Source of the DNA: Nanobdellota archaeon
Lineage (GTDB): Archaea; Nanobdellota; Nanobdellia; Pacearchaeales; GW2011-AR1
Length of the DNA stretch: 64,000 nucleotides
Direction of reading: 5' to 3'
Assembly: GCA_038046005.1 (NCBI GenBank)
Contig: JBBSXB010000003.1
Span: 1 to 64,000 of the forward strand
Positions 47,858 to 56,316 of the stretch are shown here, in pieces (the first letter of the stretch is position 1; each line of letters begins with the position of its first letter). The notes beneath the pieces are model-generated. The model did not search any database. It had not been told where the DNA came from and worked only from the letters and a program-made list of their open reading frames with translations. A program made the position numbers and the translations under genes.

Positions 47858-47977
47858 TTGCTATTCCTGAATACCTAAAGCGTATTTAAAGATTTATGAT
47901 TATTTTTAAGTGATAAGATTTTAATTTTCATTTTTTACAACAATAATCCTTAAATACCAAACATAAATCAAGAAAAC

Positions 47978-48487
47978 ATGGAACTTGACATACTTACGAG
48001 ATTCAAATCTGATGATGGTAGAGTCTACGTATTCAATCATAATTTTGATAGTGTTTACAAAAATATTCCAAACGCAGTAAGGCATTTTAATGACACAATT
48101 CACAAGGAGAGCCTGGAAGAAGTTCGAGGCCGTGCATTTAGCTTAGTCAATGCAATAATGTGGGGAAGTGATGAGGGAGATAAAATGATAGACTTTTTTG
48201 GAATAGGTCCAAATTATTCTTTAGATGGTGATTGGAATTCAAACCCTGATGTTTTTTCTTGGGTGACTAGAAATGGGTTAATTGTTCCCGGTAAAAATAT
48301 TTCGGAAGTTACATGTGGTAAAGGATTAATTATCTTGGGAGAAGAAGAAAGATATAGAAGATCAACACTTGAGGACAGTTATCTTTCAATACCTCCAAAA
48401 ATAGGAGAGTTAAAGTTAATGATTGGTGACTATGCGACGCCGGAAGAAAGAGAAAATTTGCTTAGCCTAATTGCTTCTCAAAAATAA
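47978..48487 (+). CDS. Hypothetical protein
   Basis: 169 aa; promoter ACAATAATCCTTAAA at 47940. Confidence 0.7.
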   Translation: MELDILTRFKSDDGRVYVFNHNFDSVYKNIPNAVRHFNDTIHKESLEEVRGRAFSLVNAIMWGSDEGDKMIDFFGIGPNYSLDGDWNSNPDVFSWVTRNGLIVPGKNISEVTCGKGLIILGEEERYRRSTLEDSYLSIPPKIGELKLMIGDYATPEERENLLSLIASQK

Positions 48488-48879
48488 ACAGCGTCATAAA
48501 CTTTTGAAAGAACATTATTTATTATCATTTCTTTTGCAGCAGTCATTCCTTCTTCATTCATAATCAAGCTTTCTTTCGGTCCTATGCGGTATTTGTCAAT
48601 AACTAAAACAAGATTGTCGCAGTTTTTCGGCAAATTTTCAGAAATTTTATTCATCAAGTCAAGATCATTCACTCTTATTGTAAAAAACAATCTGTAATCA
48701 ACAATGCTAACGTCAATATTGTCTATTGGAAAATCAACAAAATCAATGACATTCCTTAAATGGTTGTGTTGTGTATGCTTAAATTTTATTTTATGGAACT
48801 TAGCCCAGTGTTCTATTTGTGCTATCAAAACTAAAGCGTGTTTTTTTATAAATAACTTTTGACAAGGTTTATAAATCAT
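48478..48879 (-). CDS. Hypothetical protein (true start probably about 15 codons downstream)
   Basis: The 5' part of the ORF contains a TATA-like element. Confidence 0.5.
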   Translation of the reverse strand: MIYKPCQKLFIKKHALVLIAQIEHWAKFHKIKFKHTQHNHLRNVIDFVDFPIDNIDVSIVDYRLFFTIRVNDLDLMNKISENLPKNCDNLVLVIDKYRIGPKESLIMNEEGMTAAKEMIINNVLSKVYDAVYF

Positions 48880-48940
48880 AAAAAATTTATTTACTAACTT
48901 CTCTTATCAAAATTAAGAAATTAAATAAGAGGGATTTAAC

Positions 48941-49192
48941 ATGGATGACAAAAAATATCAAATGCCAGAAGATAGAGGCCATAAAACTATAGATAAAATA
49001 CCTGAAGATCTTAGACCAGCCTCCACTAGAGAAGTTTATCCTCTTGGACAGCCAGGTGCAGCAATGCGGGAAGCCCACAATTACTTTTTTAGCACACTTA
49101 AAGGAATGGGTCTTATAACTTTTGATTATGAGACCTATACTAGAAAACACATGGGGCAGCCTAAAGGCGGAAAAGACGATGACGATAAATAA
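48941..49192 (+). CDS. Small hypothetical protein
   Basis: 83 aa with GAGGG Shine-Dalgarno-like sequence. Confidence 0.6.
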   Translation: MDDKKYQMPEDRGHKTIDKIPEDLRPASTREVYPLGQPGAAMREAHNYFFSTLKGMGLITFDYETYTRKHMGQPKGGKDDDDK

Positions 49193-49257
49193 CCAATAGC
49201 TTCAATTACCTTTGAACCCTTCGCTTCATTTATAAATAAGTTGTTCTTTAGTTTGTC

Positions 49258-51549
49258 ATGGCCGACGACAAAAAATTCATACTGATGAATCTTGATGATG
49301 AAAGATCAAAGAAAGTTGCAGAAGTAATAAGCAATCCAACTTGCAAAAAGATTCTCAATTATCTTGCAGACAATAAAGAAAAGTCTGAGGAAGATATCGC
49401 CAAGGATTTAGGTATTCCTTTGAATACTGCAGAATATAATTTAAAGAAATTAGTTGAGTCTGGCCTTGTTGAAAAATCAAAAAACTTTTTCTGGAGCAAA
49501 AAAGGCAAAAAAATAAATCTTTATAAGCCTGCAAACAGACATATAGTCATATTCCCAAAAAAGAGGCCCGACATGAACCTATTAAAGACAATTGTCCCGA
49601 TACTGATAATTGGGGCTGCTTTAATTGCAATAATTGCTTTACTTTCCAATAATGACCAAACTTCAAGCCAGGAGCTAAACAAATTTTCTTCATTAGATGA
49701 CCTTAATAAATTTTTGAAAGACAATCAGGTTGAGCAGGGAAGAGGATCAATGTTTGAGTCTGCTGGTGTAGCAAAAGGAACAGTAGCATCTGCATCTGGT
49801 GCGGCGGATTCAGCAGCACCTAGCGCACAGGGTGCAAGCGAGTATTCTTCAACAAACATACAGGTAGAGGGAGTAGATGAATCAGATGTAATAAAAAACG
49901 ATGGAAAATACATTTATGTTGTTTCAGGAAATAAGGTTGTAATTGTTGATGCTTTTCCAGCAGACAGCATGAAAGTTTTAAGTGAAATAAATCTTAGTGA
50001 TTCTGTAGGGGAAATTTTTGTTAATGGGAATAGGCTTGTTGTTTTTACAAGACAGTATTCTCCAATTCTTTATGGGGGAATAAGATGCATGGCAGTAGGA
50101 TGTATAATGCCCCCTTATCGTGATGAATCAAAGACGGGAGTTTTTATTTATGATATTTCAAACAGACAAGATCCTGTTTTAGATGATAATATCTCTCTAA
50201 CTGGAGATTATGTTTCATCAAGAATGATTGATAATTACGTTTACTTAGTCGCAAACCAGTATGCTTATCCAGAAGGTGTTCTTCCAGCCTATGATAAAAA
50301 TGGAGAAACAAGTGTTGTTAAAGCAGATGAAGTTTACTACTCTCCTATAAGAGATCAGTCTTTCCAATTTACAAACATACTCACGATTAACATTAATAAT
50401 GGGGAAACATCTGAAAAAACAGTTTTAACAGGTTCTTCTCAGACAATTTTTGTTTCAAAAGAAAACATTTACACAACCTATACCAAATATCCTTATTGGT
50501 ATGGTGGAAGAGAGTCAGATTTAGAAAAAACAATAATAAATAAATTTTCAATAGATAAAGACGAAGTTCAATTTTTGTCTAGTGGAGAAGTTTCTGGGCA
50601 TTTATTAAATCAATTTTCAATGGATGAAGACAAAGATTATTTTAGAATTGCAACAACAATTTCAGGATATGTCAATAACAGAGACACTTCAACAAACAAT
50701 GTTTACGTTTTAGATAAGGAATTAAATGTTGTTGGAAAAATAGAGGGAATAGCCCAGGGTGAAAGCATTTATTCTGTAAGATTTATTGGGGACAGGGCCT
50801 ATATGGTTACATTCAAGCATGTTGATCCTTTATTTGTTATAGGATTGGAGGATCCAACAAACCCAACCCTTTTAGGAAAGCTAAAAATTCCGGGTTATTC
50901 AGAATATCTTCATCCTTTAGATGAAACGCATCTTATAGGTGTTGGTAAAGAAGTTGATGAAAGCATTGATGCAGACAAAGTTCATACAGAGGGGGCTGTT
51001 TACTACACAGCCATCCAAGGAGTAAAGCTTGCAATATTTGATGTTTCTGATGTCAATAATCCAATAGAAATGTACAAAGAGGTTATAGGGGACAGGGGAA
51101 CACAAAGCCCTGCAGAAACAGATCATAAAGCATTTTTGTTTGACAAGAAAAGAAATTTGTTAGTTATACCAATAACTGTAGCAGAGCTTAAGCCTGGCCA
51201 GTCAAAAGATATGGAGGGTGAGTTCACATTCCAAGGACTTTATGTTTATAATGTAAACCTTGAAGAAGGGTTCAATCTTAAAGGAAAAATAACCCACTAT
51301 GAAGATGACGCGGCATTTAAGAAATCAGGGTATTACTTTTATGGCGGAGATAAAAGCATTTCAAGATCTTTATACATGGATGATGTTTTGTATTCATTCT
51401 CCCCTTCAATGATAAAGGCAAATGACCTTAATACGCTAGACAAGATAAACTCTGTTGATTTGCCATATGAAAGCACAAACTACTATAATTACTGTGGTGG
51501 TGGAGGAATTGCAGTAGCAGAAGTCGTTACTGGTGTTGCTGTGAAATAA
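49258..51549 (+). CDS. ArsR-type HTH + TM + extracellular beta-propeller (Beta_propel-like) fusion
   Basis: N-terminal ..NPT..KIL..L...S..DIAK.L.IP..T..YNLKKL...GL; one TM; YS.TN.QV.GVDE.D..K.DG, LLNQFSMDE, ESIYSVRF, VDPLFVI, LKIPGYS.YLHP. Confidence 0.88.
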   Translation: MADDKKFILMNLDDERSKKVAEVISNPTCKKILNYLADNKEKSEEDIAKDLGIPLNTAEYNLKKLVESGLVEKSKNFFWSKKGKKINLYKPANRHIVIFPKKRPDMNLLKTIVPILIIGAALIAIIALLSNNDQTSSQELNKFSSLDDLNKFLKDNQVEQGRGSMFESAGVAKGTVASASGAADSAAPSAQGASEYSSTNIQVEGVDESDVIKNDGKYIYVVSGNKVVIVDAFPADSMKVLSEINLSDSVGEIFVNGNRLVVFTRQYSPILYGGIRCMAVGCIMPPYRDESKTGVFIYDISNRQDPVLDDNISLTGDYVSSRMIDNYVYLVANQYAYPEGVLPAYDKNGETSVVKADEVYYSPIRDQSFQFTNILTININNGETSEKTVLTGSSQTIFVSKENIYTTYTKYPYWYGGRESDLEKTIINKFSIDKDEVQFLSSGEVSGHLLNQFSMDEDKDYFRIATTISGYVNNRDTSTNNVYVLDKELNVVGKIEGIAQGESIYSVRFIGDRAYMVTFKHVDPLFVIGLEDPTNPTLLGKLKIPGYSEYLHPLDETHLIGVGKEVDESIDADKVHTEGAVYYTAIQGVKLAIFDVSDVNNPIEMYKEVIGDRGTQSPAETDHKAFLFDKKRNLLVIPITVAELKPGQSKDMEGEFTFQGLYVYNVNLEEGFNLKGKITHYEDDAAFKKSGYYFYGGDKSISRSLYMDDVLYSFSPSMIKANDLNTLDKINSVDLPYESTNYYNYCGGGGIAVAEVVTGVAVK

Positions 51550-51569
51550 TTTTATTATTTTTATTTATT

Positions 51570-52148
51570 TTATAATTTCATTACTCTTTCTCTAATTTTT
51601 AGAGGATATTTTTTTAAATAATTTAGCAATTTTTGCTTATCAATTTTCTTTTTTATTGTATTCAAGGTTTTTTTATCCATTTTCTGATGGAAAACAACCA
51701 TATCTATAAAGGTCTTTTCTAAATCTGAATAAGGAAGATAAAAATTACCTTCTTCTATATAATCTGATCCAAAAAAATATTTTTTATTAATATTCCTTAA
51801 CAAAATATTTCTGCCCATTAAACTTCGTACGCCTCTTCGAACTTTTTTTGTGGTGATGATAACTGGAATTGTTTCTTGCTCCCAAATTCCATAATGGCTC
51901 AGAGCACTTTGCAAACCAAGATAAGCCGGCTTAAAAGAGAAAACTGCCAAAGATATTTCATTATGTTTAGTGTAAACTCCCTTGCCTATTTTTTTTATTT
52001 TTCCCTTTTTTAACAGATTGTAAACCAACAATTTAGCGTAATTGCTATTTTTGGATTTGCCAATTATTCTCTCTAACGACTTAAAATCTAAAATCGGGCT
52101 TTTCTCAAATAAGGCTTCTATTTTTTCTAAATGTATTTGTTTTCCCAT
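51570..52148 (-). CDS. AbiEi-like type IV TA antitoxin
   Basis: N-terminal wHTH (L.KKG.I..I.KG.Y), Y.GL.SAL..YG...Q, EKT.ID. Confidence 0.8.
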   Translation of the reverse strand: MGKQIHLEKIEALFEKSPILDFKSLERIIGKSKNSNYAKLLVYNLLKKGKIKKIGKGVYTKHNEISLAVFSFKPAYLGLQSALSHYGIWEQETIPVIITTKKVRRGVRSLMGRNILLRNINKKYFFGSDYIEEGNFYLPYSDLEKTFIDMVVFHQKMDKKTLNTIKKKIDKQKLLNYLKKYPLKIRERVMKL

Positions 52149-52780
52149 TTTCGTTTTATGTAATTAATCATTTCATCTGCAGAAGGAACTATTCCTTCAA
52201 GCAAAATAACCTTTAAATCTTCCTCGTCAATTGGTTTTTTATAATTATTAATCAAGTTCCCGACTTCTTTTATTGTTCCAGGATTCTCTACAATTTTTAG
52301 CAAAAAGAAAACATCCCACAAATCCCTGACTTTAAATCTCTTCAAATATGTGTTGGATTTTTCAGATAAAAAAGATTCAGGAGTTAGGCTGTAGATCGAC
52401 ACAATATTTCCATCAGACATTTCATAGTCACAAATTATTCCAGAAATTTTTTGAAAAGTTGCTTCTAATCTTATCAACAGCCTGTTTAACTCTAATTCAG
52501 AATAAACGCTTGTTTCTGAAATTTTTCTCTTTTTAATCTCAAATCCCGCTTTTTTTAAATTTTCAAATAAAATATCTATTTTTTTCCTGTCTTTAGGGAG
52601 ATAAAAATCCAAATCTTCTGAGAACCTCTTTCCATCATAGCATCTCCAAATAGCTGTTCCTCCATGCAAAACAGCCTTATCAAAAACAGAGTAAACTTCT
52701 TTTACAATCAAATCCTGAGCATAAGCTATCTTCCTATGGATTTCTCGTTTTAACTTTGTTTGCAAAGGTATCTTTATCAT
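52127..52780 (-). CDS. AbiEii-like nucleotidyltransferase toxin
   Basis: LHGGTAI...Y...RFSEDLDF, EK....L.R...RDLWD. Confidence 0.9.
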   Translation of the reverse strand: MIKIPLQTKLKREIHRKIAYAQDLIVKEVYSVFDKAVLHGGTAIWRCYDGKRFSEDLDFYLPKDRKKIDILFENLKKAGFEIKKRKISETSVYSELELNRLLIRLEATFQKISGIICDYEMSDGNIVSIYSLTPESFLSEKSNTYLKRFKVRDLWDVFFLLKIVENPGTIKEVGNLINNYKKPIDEEDLKVILLEGIVPSADEMINYIKRKWENKYI

Positions 52781-52827
52781 ACTATCTACAAAAGGTATAC
52801 ATTTATATATCTTTCGTTAACATCACA

Positions 52828-52865
52828 TTTCAGCAAGTGTAACAGCAGTGTTCAAAATCAAATAA
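52828..52865 (+). repeat. Orphan copy of the SIMPL gene 3' end (SASVTAVFKIK*), followed by a T-rich terminator
   Basis: 36 of 38 nt identical to 55201-55238; both mismatches are synonymous Val codons. Confidence 0.92.
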
Positions 52866-52898
52866 TTTTTTATTATTTTTATTTATTTTAAAATCTTA

Positions 52899-53597
52899 CT
52901 AATTTTTTTGGTCGTGATACATCACCCATCTATTGAGATACATAAAAGGAATGTCTATAATACCAACTAGCCACTTAACCAATGTTAATCCAATAATCAA
53001 TGGAAGTATTGGTTGAACCCCTGCAAATGCAATAGTAACAAATAAAATTGAATCTATCGCCATTGATGGTATGGAACTAAGCGCATTCCTTGCCCATAAA
53101 TGTTTACCTTTAGTTACTTTTTTAAAAATAGAAAAGATGTAAGCATCTAAATTTTCACTTATCAAGAAAGCTATCCATGATGCGAAAATAATTCTCGGAA
53201 CTTGGCCGATTATTAATGATAATGCGTTTTGGTTGGTCCAAAACGGAGCAGAAGAAAAAGAAAGAACTAACCATGAAAAAAATGCTACTGCAACTTGAGC
53301 TATGAATGCAATAAAAATCATTTTATGTGTTTCTTTCCTTCCAAATTTTTCATTTACAATATCCGTCATCAAGAATGTAACAGAAAAGATCAAAACTGCC
53401 GCTGGTGCATAAAAAGTTGCAAAGCCTAAATCAAAACTTGCAATTTTAACTGCAGCAATATTACTAAATGTTATAAAGGCAATATAAAAGCCAATTATTG
53501 CATCTGGCCTCTGATATCTTCTAACATATAAAGAACCAATAATTGTAACAGCGCTAATCAAAATTATCCAAAGAATAATTAATATTAAGTCATTCAT
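52899..53597 (-). CDS. yhhQ: Queuosine/archaeosine precursor transporter (YhhQ/VUT family)
   Basis: SNI.A.K, F..TFL.TD.VNE.FG, RI..AS..AFL.SE.LD, W.RN..S, DS..F..IAF.G. Confidence 0.88.
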   Translation of the reverse strand: MNDLILIILWIILISAVTIIGSLYVRRYQRPDAIIGFYIAFITFSNIAAVKIASFDLGFATFYAPAAVLIFSVTFLMTDIVNEKFGRKETHKMIFIAFIAQVAVAFFSWLVLSFSSAPFWTNQNALSLIIGQVPRIIFASWIAFLISENLDAYIFSIFKKVTKGKHLWARNALSSIPSMAIDSILFVTIAFAGVQPILPLIIGLTLVKWLVGIIDIPFMYLNRWVMYHDQKN

Positions 53598-53631
53598 TGT
53601 GGATTAAACAAAATAGTATTTATTAACTTTA

Positions 53632-54285
53632 TCATTCCAAAACATAGAGTTTCCAATTAAGTTTTTGAAATTTCTCTTCAGAAACTTGAGCTATCTTATA
53701 ATTATATTTTTTGATCAATTCTAAAAGTTTCTTTTCATTAGCCACATCACCACTAGGGATAAAGACTTTTCCATTTTTAGTCAAGTGATTTTTTACATCT
53801 TTTAACAATCTTTCATGAAGTTTAAAACCCGTGTCAAACAAAAAATGTCCAACTTCACTTTTATAATCTACATCCGCAAAAGGCAATTGAGAGATTATTA
53901 AGTCAAATTTTTCTTCCTTTTTAATATTTTCAAACAAGTCACTTTTTCTTACTTCAATTATTTTATTTAGTTTATGAAAAGTGACATTTTCTTTTGCATT
54001 TTGTAAAGAATTATTGTCAATGTCTATTGCTAAAACTTTTCTTGCACCCCTTTTGGCAGCGATTATGGCTTGAACACCAGTCCCTGTCCCAACATCTAAA
54101 ACAACGCCTGCATTTCCTGGAATTCTTTTTGCAGTCATTTCAGAAGAAAATGAAAATGGTGAATCAACAGGAAAAACATTTTTGTGAATAATTATCTTAT
54201 ACCCTAAAAAATCAACAATTCGCTTTTTCTGCGTTTGAATGTCTTTAATAAAATTTAACGTAATTTCTTGTGGTTGTTTAGCCAT
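53632..54285 (-). CDS. HemK-like SAM-dependent methyltransferase
   Basis: VLDVGTGTG, DID, SDLF, FDLIISQLPF in place of the usual NPPY. Confidence 0.8.
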   Translation of the reverse strand: MAKQPQEITLNFIKDIQTQKKRIVDFLGYKIIIHKNVFPVDSPFSFSSEMTAKRIPGNAGVVLDVGTGTGVQAIIAAKRGARKVLAIDIDNNSLQNAKENVTFHKLNKIIEVRKSDLFENIKKEEKFDLIISQLPFADVDYKSEVGHFLFDTGFKLHERLLKDVKNHLTKNGKVFIPSGDVANEKKLLELIKKYNYKIAQVSEEKFQKLNWKLYVLE

Positions 54286-54397
54286 TTAATACCTAAATGT
54301 TTATGATTTATAATATTATTCTCTTATAATTTCTTCTCAACTTAAGTACTATAAACATCAATTGGCCTTCCACCAAAAACTTTAAAAACTATGGCTT

Positions 54398-54412
54398 CTA
54401 TAGTTACTATAG
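54398..54412. promoter_or_regulatory. Putative operator CTATAG-TTA-CTATAG
   Basis: Direct and inverted repeat between the TATA and the start of the RHH gene. Confidence 0.5.
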
Positions 54413-54418
54413 GGTAAA

Positions 54419-54631
54419 ATGGAAATAACAACAATTCAATTAAGCAAGGAAACTAAAGACAAAATATCCTCTTTTGGGACAAAAGGAGAGAGTTATGATG
54501 AAATTATTAGAAGGATTTATTCTATAGCAGTTAAAGAGCAGTTGAGAGATTTTCTGATGTCTGATGAGGGATTTGTTCCTATTGAAGATGCCATAAAAGA
54601 GGCAGAGAAAAAATGGCCAAGCAACAATTGA
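54419..54631 (+). CDS. RHH-type antitoxin-like protein (no toxin follows)
   Basis: TTIQLS.ETK..I...G.K.ESYDEII.R...IEDA.KE..KKW. Confidence 0.75.
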   Translation: MEITTIQLSKETKDKISSFGTKGESYDEIIRRIYSIAVKEQLRDFLMSDEGFVPIEDAIKEAEKKWPSNN

Positions 54632-55238
54632 TGCAACTCCAGATTTAGTAAAAGTTTATTTTAATGCTGAGACAAGTGGAGCAACAAGCCAGGAAGCTAA
54701 AGACAAAAATTCTGAAATTGTTGATAACATGATAACAGCTCTTGTTAAAGATGGATTTGAAAGAAAAGACATCCAGACGCAGGGGTTCAACATTTATCCA
54801 GACTATTCTTGGGATAACAACAAACAAACTCTTAAAGGATACAAAGCTACACACTCAATCGTTGTACAGCTATCAACAGCCCAGACAGACAAGATAGGCA
54901 AAGTGATAGATGATGGGGTTGATTCTGGTGCTTTGATAAGCTACATAAATTTTGAGCTTAGCACTGAAAAGCAGAATGAATACAAAGCTCAGGCAATAAA
55001 ACTCGCTGCAGAAGATGCAAGAGTAAAAGCAACGGCACTTGCAAGTGGATTGCAAAAAGAACTTGGAAGTCTTGTATCTGTGTCGGACAACAGTTTTGAT
55101 TATAGGCCTTGGCCAATGTATGCTTCTGCAGATTCTGGAGGAGCAAGTGTTGCAATGGCAAAAGAAGCCGCAACAAATATACAGCCAGGAACACAACAGG
55201 TTTCAGCAAGTGTGACAGCAGTATTCAAAATCAAATAA
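54612..55238 (+). pseudogene. 5'-truncated SIMPL (DUF541) protein
   Basis: Frame is open from NGQATIDATPDLVKV through IQT..FNIYP.Y.W, DAR.KA..LA, PG.Q.VSASV; an in-frame TAA lies just upstream; no start codon or signal peptide. Confidence 0.75.
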
Positions 55239-55261
55239 TTTATTTTTTATTTTTATTTATT

Positions 55262-55699
55262 TTATAATTTTTTTTCAATAAGAACACCTTTTTCACTAGG
55301 AACAAGCCCGACTTTTTCGTACAATTTCATTGGCCTAGAATCTTTTTCAACAATTCCCATAAATTTTTTGAATCCTCTTTCTTTATAGATCTCAAATATT
55401 TTATCTAAAACAATTGGAGTAATATATTTTCCTTGAAATCTCTCTGCAATAGCTAGCTCTTCTCCAAATGCAACCTCTCCAGGACACATGAAATTGGGAT
55501 TTATAGCTATAAAACCAGCAACCTGGTCGTCATACCTTATTACATAAAGATCACAATTTTTATTATAAAATTGAATTTTTTTCATTGCCTTTTCAAGAGT
55601 CCAACTCTCATCATATGGTGGTTTTGAAAATTCACTTGCATATATTTTAGCAATTCTTTCAAGCTCATTTTGAGCAGCTATTCTTAATTCTGTGACCAT
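55262..55699 (-). CDS. GNAT acetyltransferase
   Basis: F..PP..E.W, ELAI...FQGK.I, LYEK.G. Confidence 0.85.
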   Translation of the reverse strand: MVTELRIAAQNELERIAKIYASEFSKPPYDESWTLEKAMKKIQFYNKNCDLYVIRYDDQVAGFIAINPNFMCPGEVAFGEELAIAERFQGKYITPIVLDKIFEIYKERGFKKFMGIVEKDSRPMKLYEKVGLVPSEKGVLIEKKL

Positions 55700-55704
55700 C
55701 TTGT

Positions 55705-55821
55705 TTATCTCTTATAATTTTTACTAGCTTCAATTGTTTCTGCAAATAGATCTGCAATCTTATCAAAGAAATGCATGCTTTCTTTTAGGTTGATAATAGA
55801 AATTGGTTTGGCTACACCCAT
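55705..55821 (-). CDS. Possible 38-aa protein or gene remnant
   Basis: MGVAKPISII...NYKR* fills the gap between co-directional genes. Confidence 0.35.
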   Translation of the reverse strand: MGVAKPISIINLKESMHFFDKIADLFAETIEASKNYKR

Positions 55822-55822
55822 T

Positions 55823-56188
55823 TCACTGCCGGCTCTCAATTTCTATACTCCTATCGCTTGAAAGATAAAGTTTTGTATTGGTGTCATAGTCCAATGCTTT
55901 AAAATAGAAATTTGGTTTTTTTAATTCTAAGTTATAATCTTCATTCTGTGGGCTAACCCATAAAAATGCCTGTTTTTTACCAAATAAAGGGCCAATATAC
56001 CTCAATCCATCAAGCCAATCAAAATTATCTCTACTATATTTATGTAAGTTAGTTGCTTCATAGAACTTATCAATCATTGCGGCCTCTAAACCACCAATAT
56101 TTTCTCTTATATACTGAACATAAAGCTCTTCACTATTAAGGATTCTGTTTATTTCTTCTTCACTTAATCTATTTGTCTTAGTTGTCAT
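55823..56188 (-). CDS. Hypothetical protein
   Basis: 121 aa with upstream TATA. Confidence 0.65.
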   Translation of the reverse strand: MTTKTNRLSEEEINRILNSEELYVQYIRENIGGLEAAMIDKFYEATNLHKYSRDNFDWLDGLRYIGPLFGKKQAFLWVSPQNEDYNLELKKPNFYFKALDYDTNTKLYLSSDRSIEIESRQ

Positions 56189-56316
56189 GAAAAATGGTAT
56201 TACCTCTTCTTTAAAAATCTTTCTTCCTCCGTTACACCACCCTCTTTTTCTTAATATAACAAATTTTATATAGTTACACTACCTTGTAGAAAAAGACAAA
56301 AAGAGAGGTTTTGAAA

